Origin: a virus
Lineage: Duplodnaviria > Caudoviricetes
Strand: one strand, 5' to 3'
Virus record (IMG/VR): IMGVR_UViG_3300028592_000013
Location: 1 to 58,170 of that record
Length of the DNA: 58,170 nt
The position numbers were made by a program, and so were the translations under genes. The notes beneath the pieces were generated by a model, which worked only from the letters and a program-made list of their open reading frames with translations, had not been told where the DNA came from and ran no database searches. Of this stretch, positions 8,054-17,590 are shown one piece after another. Within the stretch, counting starts at the first letter, position 1. The number at the start of each line of letters is the position of its first letter.

Positions 8054-8334
8054 GGCACTGTGCCTACTGCGAGGCCGAACTGGTCAGGCGTGAGCGTGAG
8101 CAAGAGCGCGACTGGATTCGGCGTCGGTTCTGTTCGCGACAGTGTGCCAGCATGGGCAACATCGAAGACTCGACCATGGGCGGACACTCACAGCGGGCCA
8201 TGACCTACGCCGAGATCGCGACCGAACTCGGTCTCACGGTCAACCAAGTCCGCGGTGCCGAGTTCACGGCGCTGCGCAAACTGAAGCACAATTTGGCGCT
8301 ACGGAAGCTGTGGGCGATTGTGAGGGCGGCGTGA
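8050..8334 (+). CDS. Zn-finger plus sigma-70 region-4-like HTH protein
   Basis: CAYC...RRFCSRQC followed by MTYAEIATELGLTVNQVRGAEFTALRKLK. Confidence 0.75.
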   Translation: MRHCAYCEAELVRREREQERDWIRRRFCSRQCASMGNIEDSTMGGHSQRAMTYAEIATELGLTVNQVRGAEFTALRKLKHNLALRKLWAIVRAA

Positions 8335-8414
8335 TCCCGCTCATCAACATCGGCAACTGCACCGACCGCGTACCCGGTGGTGCACAGACAACGTTTCGAA
8401 TAAGGGAACAAGCG

Positions 8415-9311
8415 ATGGCTGAAATGCACTACGAGATCAACATAGGCGGCGAGGCGATTCACTATGACATTGAGTCGAGTGCGGTGGCGAAGTCAGACAC
8501 CTTCCGCATCGGCGACGTCATCGAAGACGACGCCGGCCGCTTCTGGGTCTGCGACGAGAAGATGGGTGTCACCGGCACGCCGTTCGCTGGGAGCTTGTGC
8601 CGGTTGAGGTATCGGGCGATCGACCAGGCGTTGGCCGGGTTGGCCGGAGCCGATCGCGCGTTCGTCTATTCGAAGGAAGCTGCCGGCGAATTTATGCAGT
8701 GGCTCGGGACCTTCGGTGACGGCGAGCACGTCATGTCCTGGGACGGCGTCACCCGGGGTGACATGGGCGAGCGCGGGTGGCTGGAGGCGATGACGAACGG
8801 AACGGCGTCCCCGGATTCGGCAAAGCGCTGGCTCGAAGAGCGGGCGGAAGAGCGAAGGTTGGACGAGGCCGCCGCGAAGGCCGGGATGGTGCGGAAGCCG
8901 AGCGACAGCAGCGGACTTTCTGCCTTCCGCGAAACAGAGACCGTCGAGCTCACTGCGCACTGCGGCCGCTGCGGCGACACCCTGAACGAACGCCACGACC
9001 CGACCAAGGTGGTGGACGGGCGAGCGTTGCATCGGAGCTGCGCAGGTGAGCTTGAGCGACTGAAGGCGCTGGAGCGGGAAGAGAGGCCGATGCTGCGCGG
9101 CGGCGTCGACCCGTATGCCGGCGACAAGGACAAGCGAGGAGCCAGCACCATGACCGGCATCACGCCCCACCAGGAGAAAGCCAACGCTGCGATGCGTGCC
9201 GAGAACCTGGCGCTGTTCGGGCACGTGCCGAAGAGGTTTACGGCGGATACGGTGCCAACCGCGAGGGAGGAAGTGGGGCATCCGTGGGAGTGTCAGGAGG
9301 ATGAGCCGTGA
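8415..9311 (+). CDS. hypothetical protein (about 298 aa)
   Basis: ATG after TAAGGGA; contains CGRC...HRSC Zn-ribbon-like motif. Start uncertain (GTG at 8331 possible). Confidence 0.6.
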   Translation: MAEMHYEINIGGEAIHYDIESSAVAKSDTFRIGDVIEDDAGRFWVCDEKMGVTGTPFAGSLCRLRYRAIDQALAGLAGADRAFVYSKEAAGEFMQWLGTFGDGEHVMSWDGVTRGDMGERGWLEAMTNGTASPDSAKRWLEERAEERRLDEAAAKAGMVRKPSDSSGLSAFRETETVELTAHCGRCGDTLNERHDPTKVVDGRALHRSCAGELERLKALEREERPMLRGGVDPYAGDKDKRGASTMTGITPHQEKANAAMRAENLALFGHVPKRFTADTVPTAREEVGHPWECQEDEP

Positions 9312-9556
9312 GCCACCACAAGCGCCAGGTATCCAAGGAAGAGTTCGAGGAGTTTGTTAGATCGTACCCGCGAAGGCTCGATGTCGACGTCTACGCGATC
9401 GCCGACCCGCCATGGCGCAACTATCACGACTTCACCATCGGCAAGGGGTGGGACAGCCTCGTGGCCGGCGAGCTTCTCTGTCATGAGCCGGAACGCGGAG
9501 AGCACGGGCAGAGACCCAACGAGTACTTTGTGTTCGTGGAAACGGTGAAGCCATGA
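9308..9556 (+). CDS. hypothetical protein
   Basis: Coupled ORF, VSKEEFEEFVRSYPRRL. Confidence 0.65.
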   Translation: MSHHKRQVSKEEFEEFVRSYPRRLDVDVYAIADPPWRNYHDFTIGKGWDSLVAGELLCHEPERGEHGQRPNEYFVFVETVKP

Positions 9557-9837
9557 ACCGCCGCGCCTTCCTCTCCCTGCCGGCCGCCGCCCTGGCGCCG
9601 TCGAAGAGCTACTCGTTCCTCTGGGACAACCCTTTCGCCGCGGGCGCGCTGACGGCGAGGCGCTGGAACCAAGTAGTTCTCGAGAAGCTCAAGCAATGGG
9701 AGCGCGAAGGCTTCCTGACACCACGCGAGCCCATCATCCGGTCTCGGATGGAGGGGAAGCGCATCATCACGGAGTTTGAGGTCTTCCCGCCGTTCTCGCC
9801 GGAGCTTCTGCCATTGCTGCGACAGGGGTCGCCGTGA
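9553..9837 (+). CDS. hypothetical protein with twin-arginine-like N-terminus
   Basis: MNRRAFLSLPAAALAP; coupled. Confidence 0.55.
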   Translation: MNRRAFLSLPAAALAPSKSYSFLWDNPFAAGALTARRWNQVVLEKLKQWEREGFLTPREPIIRSRMEGKRIITEFEVFPPFSPELLPLLRQGSP

Positions 9838-10196
9838 AGAAGTTCAACCACGCCGCGCGCCGCTGGTGCGTGAAGCAAGCTCGCCGGCTCGGCATCGAGT
9901 GCACGACGGCGACGGTCGACATCGCCCGAGGCGCACGCGGTCAAGTCGTGCTCACGAACTACGGCAAAGAGGTCGGCGCGTTCTGTCTCGATCTGCTGGT
10001 CGAGCGCGACTCAGAGGGCGTGAAGCGAGAGCTGACGTGCTACGACTGCGGCGCGCTGCTGATCGGCGACGACATGATGCAGAGATGGTCGGATGTGCGG
10101 GAGACCAACGATGGGCGACACAGGGTGATCCGCGTCATGCTTTGCGAGGGGTGCGCGAAGAATATGCGAGAGAACGAAACGAGGAGAGACCAATGA
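9834..10196 (+). CDS. hypothetical Zn-finger protein
   Basis: CYDC...CEGC; coupled. Confidence 0.6.
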   Translation: MKKFNHAARRWCVKQARRLGIECTTATVDIARGARGQVVLTNYGKEVGAFCLDLLVERDSEGVKRELTCYDCGALLIGDDMMQRWSDVRETNDGRHRVIRVMLCEGCAKNMRENETRRDQ

Positions 10197-10465
10197 AGAA
10201 GGACATCAATCTAGGCGACCGAGTGAAGGACATCGTGACCGGATTCACCGGCATCGCGGCGGGACGTTACGAGTACATGACCGGCTGCACGCAGTACGGC
10301 GTGGCTCCCGAGAAGCTCAAAGACGGCGCCGTTGCCGATTGGGCCACGTTCGACGAGAGTCGGCTCACCATCGTGAAGCGGTCGGCGGTGAAGCTGCGGA
10401 AGGCGCCGGAGATCGCGGACGGTGGGCCATCGCCGTTCGTGGGCATGGGGCCAAGGGCACGGTAG
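10193..10465 (+). CDS. conserved phage hypothetical protein (SH3-like)
   Basis: LGDRVKDIVTGFTGIA.GRYEYMTGCTQYGVAP...FDESRL...GGP motif; RBS GAGGAG. Confidence 0.75.
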   Translation: MKKDINLGDRVKDIVTGFTGIAAGRYEYMTGCTQYGVAPEKLKDGAVADWATFDESRLTIVKRSAVKLRKAPEIADGGPSPFVGMGPRAR

Positions 10466-10539
10466 CCAGAGACGCGAAAGCCCTCAGCTCGCGCCAAGGG
10501 CCTCCGGAGACGATTGCCGCCGTCAACCCGGAGGTTAGC

Positions 10540-11382
10540 ATGAACTCAGCGAAAAGCACCACCGAGCCGGCCTTGGTGGTCGTGGATCGGATCCCGTCGA
10601 TAGAAGAGAGTCTGCTGGAGTGGTACTTCGGCCCAGCTCAGGCGCTGTTCGAGCGCTCGACCTGCGGAGCCATGTTGGAGCGGCTAGACGCCGACCGCAT
10701 GGTCTCAACCGAGTGCAAGGCATGTGGCGGCAAAGGCATCCTGGACGAAACCGACATCACGCCGGCAAACCAGCGATGCGTCCCATGCGATGGCCCGCGG
10801 TGCGACGAACCGCACCAGCAGCGTCCAGCCTGCCAGTGGTGCTGGATGGGCAGCGGCGAGGTCAAGGAAGGTTGCTGGTGCCGTCGCTGCCGCGGGACGG
10901 GCTGGACGGCGGTGGCCAAGGGGCGCAACAGCTCGAAGATCACGGTGCGCCCGAAGTCGACAAGCGGCGCCGGCTTCGAGGTGGACGACATCGCGCTCAG
11001 GAAGTACGCGAAGATCAGTCGCAGGGTGAACGAACTATACGAGAACGACCGTGAAAACCTGAATATTCTCGCGGCCTACTATGGCTTCGCGGGGCTCAGA
11101 TTCGGCAGGGATCCGAACAACCGACGTGGCCGCATCGTGGCCGTGTACGCGCTCACTCCGAGTGGACAGAAGCTGGTGAAGCGTGGCCAGAAGTTCGGCC
11201 TCGACAACGGCGAGACGCTCATGGCCTACCAGATCGTCGAGAACGAGATCGAGGCCAACAAGCTATCGCCGGACCGCAACCGGTCGGCGCTCATCGATGC
11301 TGCCGACGAGCAGGCAAGGAAGCTGATCAAGCGAGCGGCCATTGCGTGGAACCTGACGCGACCGATCCGGAGGGCGCAATGA
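10540..11382 (+). CDS. Zn-finger protein, candidate late-gene regulator (Q-like position)
   Basis: CKACGGKG and CRRCRGTG DnaJ-type Zn motifs; last large gene before the packaging region; RBS GGAGG. Confidence 0.55.
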   Translation: MNSAKSTTEPALVVVDRIPSIEESLLEWYFGPAQALFERSTCGAMLERLDADRMVSTECKACGGKGILDETDITPANQRCVPCDGPRCDEPHQQRPACQWCWMGSGEVKEGCWCRRCRGTGWTAVAKGRNSSKITVRPKSTSGAGFEVDDIALRKYAKISRRVNELYENDRENLNILAAYYGFAGLRFGRDPNNRRGRIVAVYALTPSGQKLVKRGQKFGLDNGETLMAYQIVENEIEANKLSPDRNRSALIDAADEQARKLIKRAAIAWNLTRPIRRAQ

Positions 11383-11588
11383 GGCGCGGCAAAGTCGACT
11401 CCAAGCCGCGCCCAAGGCTGACCGTTGCCGAGGTCGCCGACGCGCTCGGGTGGCGTGTCGAGCGCACTCGACGACTGCTGCTCAGGCACGGCGCCTGCTT
11501 CCAAGATGGCCGGTACTGGTACACGACTCGTGACCTGCTCCGAGCTCATTTCGGCGACGTCATCGTGCACCTCGACGAGGCGGTCTAG
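11379..11588 (+). CDS. excisionase/MerR-like HTH protein
   Basis: RLTVAEVADALGWRVERTRRLL...GRYWYTTRDLL. Confidence 0.7.
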   Translation: MRRGKVDSKPRPRLTVAEVADALGWRVERTRRLLLRHGACFQDGRYWYTTRDLLRAHFGDVIVHLDEAV

Positions 11589-11710
11589 CGCACACATGCC
11601 CACCGATTTCGCACGCAACGAAACGCACCGGCAAGCAACGGCAAGCTTGCTGGGTCGCGTATCTCATAGGCGCGCGCAACCTGACGTTGCCAACCACGGA
11701 GAGCACAAGC

Positions 11711-11986
11711 ATGCCTGATTGGACCTGCTCCTCCTGCGGCGACGTCGCAACCCGCGCCTGCCCAGCCTGCTTCACCACGCTGTGCCCGGCCTGCGCCAAG
11801 CTCGACAGCCACGACATCCCGGCCGGCAAACACGTTGGCCAGCGATGCCTAGGGTACGCCGAGCTCGACCGGTCGACGGAAGCGCGGCTGATGTTCGAGG
11901 CCAGGCTGGCGACCAAGGTGGCCAAGCCCTGGGACCTGAAAGGGTTCGTCAAGGTCGAGCGCCGGTCGAGCCACAAAGCAGCGTGA
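11711..11986 (+). CDS. Cys-rich Zn-finger protein
   Basis: CSSC...CPAC...CPAC...H (B-box-like spacing); RBS GGAG. Confidence 0.6.
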   Translation: MPDWTCSSCGDVATRACPACFTTLCPACAKLDSHDIPAGKHVGQRCLGYAELDRSTEARLMFEARLATKVAKPWDLKGFVKVERRSSHKAA

Positions 11987-12162
11987 CACCCCGCCGCATC
12001 ACCATCGACGTCTCCACCTGGCGACAACAGGCCAAGCGCCTCAGAAAGGGCCGGCCACAACGGCAGAGACGTCCCCGGCCCGCAGAGGAACGAGGCCAGG
12101 GCTTGAGCGCGACGATTGGCGAGCGGGTGGTGGATAAGTCACTCGCGGAGATTGAGGACTGA
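11983..12162 (+). CDS. hypothetical basic protein
   Basis: Coupled ORF immediately before terS. Confidence 0.45.
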   Translation: MTPRRITIDVSTWRQQAKRLRKGRPQRQRRPRPAEERGQGLSATIGERVVDKSLAEIED

Positions 12163-12663
12163 ATGCCCGGCGGAAGGCCCAGCAAGTTCACGCCCGAACT
12201 GGCGAGCGAACTGTGTAAGCTGCTCGCCGAGGGCAAGCCGATCAAGCCGTCTTGCGAGATGGTGGGCATCGACGACACGACGTTCCGCAAGTGGCGGGCG
12301 GATGCGAAGAACGGGGACGCCGACAAGGCTGAGTTCTTCGCGCAAGTCGCCCGCGCGAGGGCCGAGGGCGAGTTGTTGCTGTGGGGCATCGCCTCCAGCG
12401 GCGACGGCCCCGGCACTTCGAACGGCCCCGCCAAGTGCGCGCAGTGGCTCCTGGAGCGCACCTTCGGCAGCCGATACGCGGCCCGCCTGAACGTGAAGCT
12501 GGAAGAGGGCCTGGAGGTTCTGCTCGCCGATGTCGAGCGGGTTTGTGGCTCAAAAGATTGCGGCTGCTTCGAAGCGATCCTCGCCGCGCTCACTGCTCGC
12601 CAAGATGGCGACGGAACGGTTGGAAGCGATCCGGGCGACGAGGCAGACCGGGCCATCCATTGA
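12163..12663 (+). CDS. terS: terminase small subunit
   Basis: MPGGRPSKFTPELASELCKLLAEG...FRKW...ARAEGE...AQWLLER; directly upstream of terL. Confidence 0.85.
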   Translation: MPGGRPSKFTPELASELCKLLAEGKPIKPSCEMVGIDDTTFRKWRADAKNGDADKAEFFAQVARARAEGELLLWGIASSGDGPGTSNGPAKCAQWLLERTFGSRYAARLNVKLEEGLEVLLADVERVCGSKDCGCFEAILAALTARQDGDGTVGSDPGDEADRAIH

Positions 12664-14170
12664 CGACTTCGAGGCCTTCTGTGGTCTCGTCGACATCGTC
12701 CCCAAGGGCGGCGGGCGCTGCAAGCTGGTCTGGAACGAGATTCAACGTCGCTACTGCGCCAACCGCACGCAGCGTGACGTCTCGCTGAAGGCGAGGCAGG
12801 CGGGGTTCACGACGCTCGAGCAGGCGCGCGATGTCTGGCACTTCCTGACCGTGCCGGGTGCCCGAGTCGTCGTCACCTGCCAGTCCATCACCGACCGTTC
12901 GCCAGTCCGGCTGCTCTCGGCCAACTACCGGCTGATGTTCGAGTCGCTGCAGGCGGCTGGCGTTCCGATCAAGTTTCGGACTGAGAGCATCAGCGAGTGG
13001 GTGCTCGACGACCGCGACGCAAGCCTGCGCATCATCGAGGCGGGCGCCAGCGAGGCCGCGGCGCAGAAGAAGGGCCGCGCTGGGACGATTACGCGGCTCC
13101 ATCTCACTGAGACGGCCTTCTACGAATACGCCGAAGAGACGCTAAACGCGCTTCTCGAGTGCGTCCCAGGCATCGAGTACGGCTCCGAGATCATCAGCGA
13201 GTCGACGCCGAACGGCGCCCAGGGCGTCTTCTATCGGCAGTGCAAGTCGGCCGAGGCAGGAGAGAGCGGCTACAAGCTGCACTTCTTCCCCTGGTTCCTG
13301 ATCTCCGAGTATTCGGCGCCGCTGGAGCGCGGGGAACGCATCGAGCCGCGCGACGAACTCGAGGAAAGGCTTCTAGCTGCCGGCTGCAAACCCGAGCAGC
13401 TCAAGTGGTACCGGCGCAAGGTGGCAGAAAAGGGCGCCGACAAGACCGCGCAAGAGTACCCAAGCGATCCCGAGACATGCTTTCTCGTGTCGGGGCGCGG
13501 GTTCTTCGATGAGCCCACGACGGCGCGACTTCTGGCCGACGCCCCGAGTGGCCCGCTTGAGAGCCGCGACCGGCACCGAATCCGCATCTACCGCAAGCCT
13601 CAGCCAAACGTTGTCTACCTGCTTTCGGTGGACACCTCCGAGGGCGGCGGTGGCGACCCAAGCGGCGCGATGATGTGGGACCGGCGGACCGGCGAACACG
13701 TCGCGACGATCGACGGCCAGTTTCAACCGTGGGAACTCGCCAAGTGCTCGGCCAAGCTCGGTCGCGAGTACAACGAGGCGGAGATCGCCGTCGAGCGCAA
13801 CAACCACGGGCACGCCGTGCTGCAGGCGCTTGATCGCGAAGAGCAGTACCGGAACATCTACCGTCACGAAGACGAGAAGCCGGGCTGGCCAACGAACACG
13901 TTGACCCGGCCGCAGATGCTCGACGGCCTCGAGGACGCGCACCGCCGAGGGCTGTTCACAACGCCTGATCGCGCCGTGCTCTCGCAGCTCCGCACGTTCG
14001 TGACCAAGAACGGCAAGCCCCAGGCGGCGAACGGCGAGCACGACGAACTCGTGATTGCGGCGGCGATTGGGTGGGCAGTTCGGCGGCTAGCTCCCGTCCG
14101 CATGCCACCCCGCCAACCCCGCGCACCCACCTCTCGCTGGCATGGCGCGGCCGGCCGCGGCTTCGGCTGA
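12605..14170 (+). CDS. terL: terminase large subunit
   Basis: Walker A-like LKARQAGFTT, Walker B LHLTE, coupling motif ESTPNG, QEYP, nuclease SVDTSEG...VERNNHG...HDELVIA. Confidence 0.95.
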   Translation: MATERLEAIRATRQTGPSIDDFEAFCGLVDIVPKGGGRCKLVWNEIQRRYCANRTQRDVSLKARQAGFTTLEQARDVWHFLTVPGARVVVTCQSITDRSPVRLLSANYRLMFESLQAAGVPIKFRTESISEWVLDDRDASLRIIEAGASEAAAQKKGRAGTITRLHLTETAFYEYAEETLNALLECVPGIEYGSEIISESTPNGAQGVFYRQCKSAEAGESGYKLHFFPWFLISEYSAPLERGERIEPRDELEERLLAAGCKPEQLKWYRRKVAEKGADKTAQEYPSDPETCFLVSGRGFFDEPTTARLLADAPSGPLESRDRHRIRIYRKPQPNVVYLLSVDTSEGGGGDPSGAMMWDRRTGEHVATIDGQFQPWELAKCSAKLGREYNEAEIAVERNNHGHAVLQALDREEQYRNIYRHEDEKPGWPTNTLTRPQMLDGLEDAHRRGLFTTPDRAVLSQLRTFVTKNGKPQAANGEHDELVIAAAIGWAVRRLAPVRMPPRQPRAPTSRWHGAAGRGFG

Positions 14171-14179
14171 TTCAACACC

Positions 14180-15031
14180 ATGGCTCTCAACGGCAACCAG
14201 GGAACGCTGCTCATCGGCGATCACGCGACGAAGGTACTGTCGCAGCGCTTCGCCGGCATGTTCCTCACCGAGTCCGACGTTCGGTCGCTCCCGGTCGAGA
14301 GTCGCTCACACGGAACTGTCGCGCTCGTCCTCGAGACCGGCGCGCTCCTCTACTTCGACGCCAACGGCGGATCTGAAGGGCTGGCCCCCGACGCGGGCGC
14401 CGGCTCCTGGAAGGACGCGAAGACTGCAATGAAACTCTACGGTCGCTCCATGACCTTCGCCGCGGCGGACCTCGCTGACGCCGACGGCTTCGTCGAATCG
14501 CTGGCCACGGTCACGGACCCGGTCACGCTCGAGGGAGAGGATCTCGACGGCGCGCTCGTGGATGACGAGATCGGCATGCCGCCGAAGCCGAACATCGCGT
14601 TCTGGCCTTCGGTGACCGCCGACTCCAGCGCTGGCGCCTTCACGCCGGACGTGGACATCGAGTTCCACGGCACCTACGCGGGCGTCGCAGTAACGCGCGT
14701 TGCTCAGCTCACCAGCGCCGACGGCGACGAGACGATCATTGCCGACGGCCCGCTCGAGACGCTGACCAGCATCGACATCCCGGCCATGGCCGACACGGAC
14801 GGCGCCCTCACCTTCGGGTTCAGTGGCATCGGGCCGAAGAAGGACTCGCTCGGCAACGAGCTCTCCTGGGTCGTGGTCAGCGGCGCCGCTGCCGCCGACA
14901 CCGGGACGACCATCACGGTCGCCTACCGCAATGGCGAACAGGACACCGTTCCGTTCCTGGCCGGCACCACGCTGCAGGCCAAGCCGGTCCGCATCCTGTC
15001 CGCGACCGACCCGATCACGATCTACGAGTGA
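14180..15031 (+). CDS. acidic beta-rich hypothetical virion protein
   Basis: 283 aa, Asp/Thr/Ala-rich, strong GC3 bias, located between terL and portal. Confidence 0.65.
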   Translation: MALNGNQGTLLIGDHATKVLSQRFAGMFLTESDVRSLPVESRSHGTVALVLETGALLYFDANGGSEGLAPDAGAGSWKDAKTAMKLYGRSMTFAAADLADADGFVESLATVTDPVTLEGEDLDGALVDDEIGMPPKPNIAFWPSVTADSSAGAFTPDVDIEFHGTYAGVAVTRVAQLTSADGDETIIADGPLETLTSIDIPAMADTDGALTFGFSGIGPKKDSLGNELSWVVVSGAAAADTGTTITVAYRNGEQDTVPFLAGTTLQAKPVRILSATDPITIYE

Positions 15032-15040
15032 GCGTGATGC

Positions 15041-16429
15041 GTGGGAGTCTTCGCTTGGCTGAAGGCCGCGCTGTCGCCGGCAAAGCTCACGACTGCCCAG
15101 CCGGTGGTCAGGGAGCGCCCGCTCTACGAGCAGTTCACCCGCATCGGTGGCTCGCTACGGCCCGACCAAGTTAGCTGGATCGTTCGCTGCGCCGACGCTG
15201 GCTACCCGGCGAGCCTCATCGATCTCGGCAACGAGTCGAGGCAGAAGGACGGCCACCTCCAGGGCATTCTGAGCGCTCGCGAGACCGCCGTCGCCGCCTG
15301 CCCGATCGACTTCGTTCTGCCTGAGCCCAAGGGTCGCCCCAAGGGCAAGCGCCGAGGCCGCAAGGACCAGCGCGCGATCGACCTGTGCCGCCGAGTCGTC
15401 GATGAGTTCGACAACTGGCCGACGCTGGTTGAACACCTCACGGGCGCATTCTTTCCCGGGCACGCAACGGCGGAGACGCCCTGGCGCAAGACCAAGGACG
15501 GTCTCCTTCTGCCCTACAAGGCAGAGCCGATCTACCCGCGACACTTCGTCTTCTCTGCCTCGAACGGGGCGCTGCGGTACCAGCCGCAAGAGGGCATCGA
15601 AGTCGATCTGCTGGCCGAGAACCCGGGCCGAATCGTTCAGATCCAGCGCCGCATTGTCGGTGACGTCCCTTGTCGCGAAGGGCTCATTCGGCTGCTCACC
15701 TGGGCGGCGCTGTTCCGCAACTGGACGCTGACCGACTGGATCGCCCTGGGTGAGACCGGTTGGAAGCCCTGGCGGATTGGCCAGTACCAGAAGTCGGCGA
15801 GTGACGAAGACATCGAGGTTCTTGAGCAGGCGCTTGAGGAGATCGGGTCAACCGGCGTCGCAGTGTTGCCGGAGACCACCGAGCTCAAGGTCGAGTGGCC
15901 GAGTGGCATGGCGCCGGGCACGGGCGGCTCCGGAACACACCGTGAGCTGTTCGAGTGCATCGGCCGCGAGATGAGCAAGGCCGTTCTGGGCACGACCACC
16001 AGCGTCGAGTCCGGCCCCAACGGCACACGCAGCGACACGACAACTCGCGACGGGCTGCGCCTCGAGAAGCGTGAGCAAGACGCGGTCGCGGTCGCGGCGG
16101 CGCTCAAGGCTCACCTGTTCTCGTGGGTGGTGAAGGTCAATCTCGGAGACGACGTACTCGTTCCGACGCCCTGGTTCCAGACCGACGAATCGATCGACCA
16201 GCACCAGTTCGCGCAAGCCGTCGACAAGCTCGCATCGTGGATGCCAATCCCCGCCAAGTGGGTGCGCGACGAGGTCGGGATGCCCGAACCGAGAGAGGGC
16301 GAGGAAGTCCTCCGCAAGGCTCCTGACGGCGCTGGCGAGAACGGTAAGCCCGATGGCGCTGAAGAAGATGATGGCTCCGAGGACCAAGAGTCCGGAGACG
16401 ACGAGTCAGACGGCGAATCCGAAGACTGA
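15041..16429 (+). CDS. portal protein (DUF935, Mu gp29-like)
   Basis: KDGHLQGILSARETAV, GLIRLLTWAALFRNW...W...E..G.PWRIGQY, REMSKAVLGTTT, WVRDEVGMPEP; acidic tail. Confidence 0.9.
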   Translation: MGVFAWLKAALSPAKLTTAQPVVRERPLYEQFTRIGGSLRPDQVSWIVRCADAGYPASLIDLGNESRQKDGHLQGILSARETAVAACPIDFVLPEPKGRPKGKRRGRKDQRAIDLCRRVVDEFDNWPTLVEHLTGAFFPGHATAETPWRKTKDGLLLPYKAEPIYPRHFVFSASNGALRYQPQEGIEVDLLAENPGRIVQIQRRIVGDVPCREGLIRLLTWAALFRNWTLTDWIALGETGWKPWRIGQYQKSASDEDIEVLEQALEEIGSTGVAVLPETTELKVEWPSGMAPGTGGSGTHRELFECIGREMSKAVLGTTTSVESGPNGTRSDTTTRDGLRLEKREQDAVAVAAALKAHLFSWVVKVNLGDDVLVPTPWFQTDESIDQHQFAQAVDKLASWMPIPAKWVRDEVGMPEPREGEEVLRKAPDGAGENGKPDGAEEDDGSEDQESGDDESDGESED

Positions 16430-16453
16430 CGACGACTCCGAGGCCAGGAAAGC

Positions 16454-17578
16454 ATGGGAATCGAAAACACCGGCGGTGAGCCCGCTTGGGATGGCGTCCT
16501 ACGCCGGGAGATCGATGTCGAGTTTCGAGTGCTCGACGACGCTACGCGCACCTTCGAGGTCGTAGCCTCGACGGAAGCGCTCGACTCGCACGGCGACGTC
16601 GTCAAGGCGTTCTGGGATCTGTCGCGCTTCGAGAAGAACGGCGCGATCCTCTGGAATCACAATCTCGCCCTCTACACTGGGTGCAGCGCCGAAGATACGC
16701 TGCTGATCGGGACTGGCGTCGCGAAGCTCGTCGGCAAGAAGCTGATGGCGACGATCCGTCTCGTCGTTGGCACTGCCACGGAAGAGCCGCTGATCGACAA
16801 GATCTGGCGCCGCGTCCAGCAGGGCATTCAGAAGGCGGTCAGCGTTGGATTCCGTCCGGGACAAGTGACTCGGATCGTCAACGCTGCCGGCGACACCGAC
16901 TACTACGAGCTCGGCAGCAAAGATCGCCCGAACGAGCTGCGCGAAATCAGCCTCGTTCCGATGGGCAGCAATCCCGAAGCTGTCGCCAAGTCGATCGCGT
17001 TCGAGCGCAGGCACCTCGAAGCGCTCGTCATCAACACCGACTCCGGCCGCCCCGCGGCCAGCAAAACCGCGGAAAGCGGAAAGGACACCAAACCAATGGA
17101 CGAAGAGCTGAAGAAGGCCCTCGAGGCCCGTGCTCTCGCCGAAAAGGCGCTCGCCGACGAGAAGGCCGCTCGCGAGAAGGCAGACAAAGAGACTGGCGAA
17201 CAGCGCGCCCGTGCCGAGAAGGCGGAGCGTGATCTCGCTGCCGAGAAGACGGTCAACAGCAAGCTGGCGACCGATCTCGAGGTTGCCAACAAGGGACTCG
17301 CGGACGCCAACGCCGAGGTCGCCAAGGCGGCTCTCGATGCTCTCCAGGGCGTGAAGTTCGCGCCCGCCGAACGCGAGGAGCTCGATGCGCTCGTGACCAG
17401 CGTCGGCCTCAAGCGCGTCAAGTCGCTGCTCGAGAAGCGCAGTGACCTCACGCTGACCCAGCCCGTCACCGACGGACAGGGGAAGCCTCTCAACAAGGGC
17501 GAACCGCCCCCGGCGCCTGCGCCGTCTGCGGACCCGAGCGCTGAACTCGTTTCACTGGCCAACAAGGCCATCAACTGA
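16454..17578 (+). CDS. HK97-type prohead protease with C-terminal coiled-coil scaffold
   Basis: ASTEALDSHGDVV, ILWNHN, AVSVGFRP, ELREISLVPMGSNPEA; internal MDEELKKALE coiled coil with own RBS-like AAGGA. Confidence 0.9.
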   Translation: MGIENTGGEPAWDGVLRREIDVEFRVLDDATRTFEVVASTEALDSHGDVVKAFWDLSRFEKNGAILWNHNLALYTGCSAEDTLLIGTGVAKLVGKKLMATIRLVVGTATEEPLIDKIWRRVQQGIQKAVSVGFRPGQVTRIVNAAGDTDYYELGSKDRPNELREISLVPMGSNPEAVAKSIAFERRHLEALVINTDSGRPAASKTAESGKDTKPMDEELKKALEARALAEKALADEKAAREKADKETGEQRARAEKAERDLAAEKTVNSKLATDLEVANKGLADANAEVAKAALDALQGVKFAPAEREELDALVTSVGLKRVKSLLEKRSDLTLTQPVTDGQGKPLNKGEPPPAPAPSADPSAELVSLANKAIN

Positions 17579-17590
17579 AGGTGACCAACG

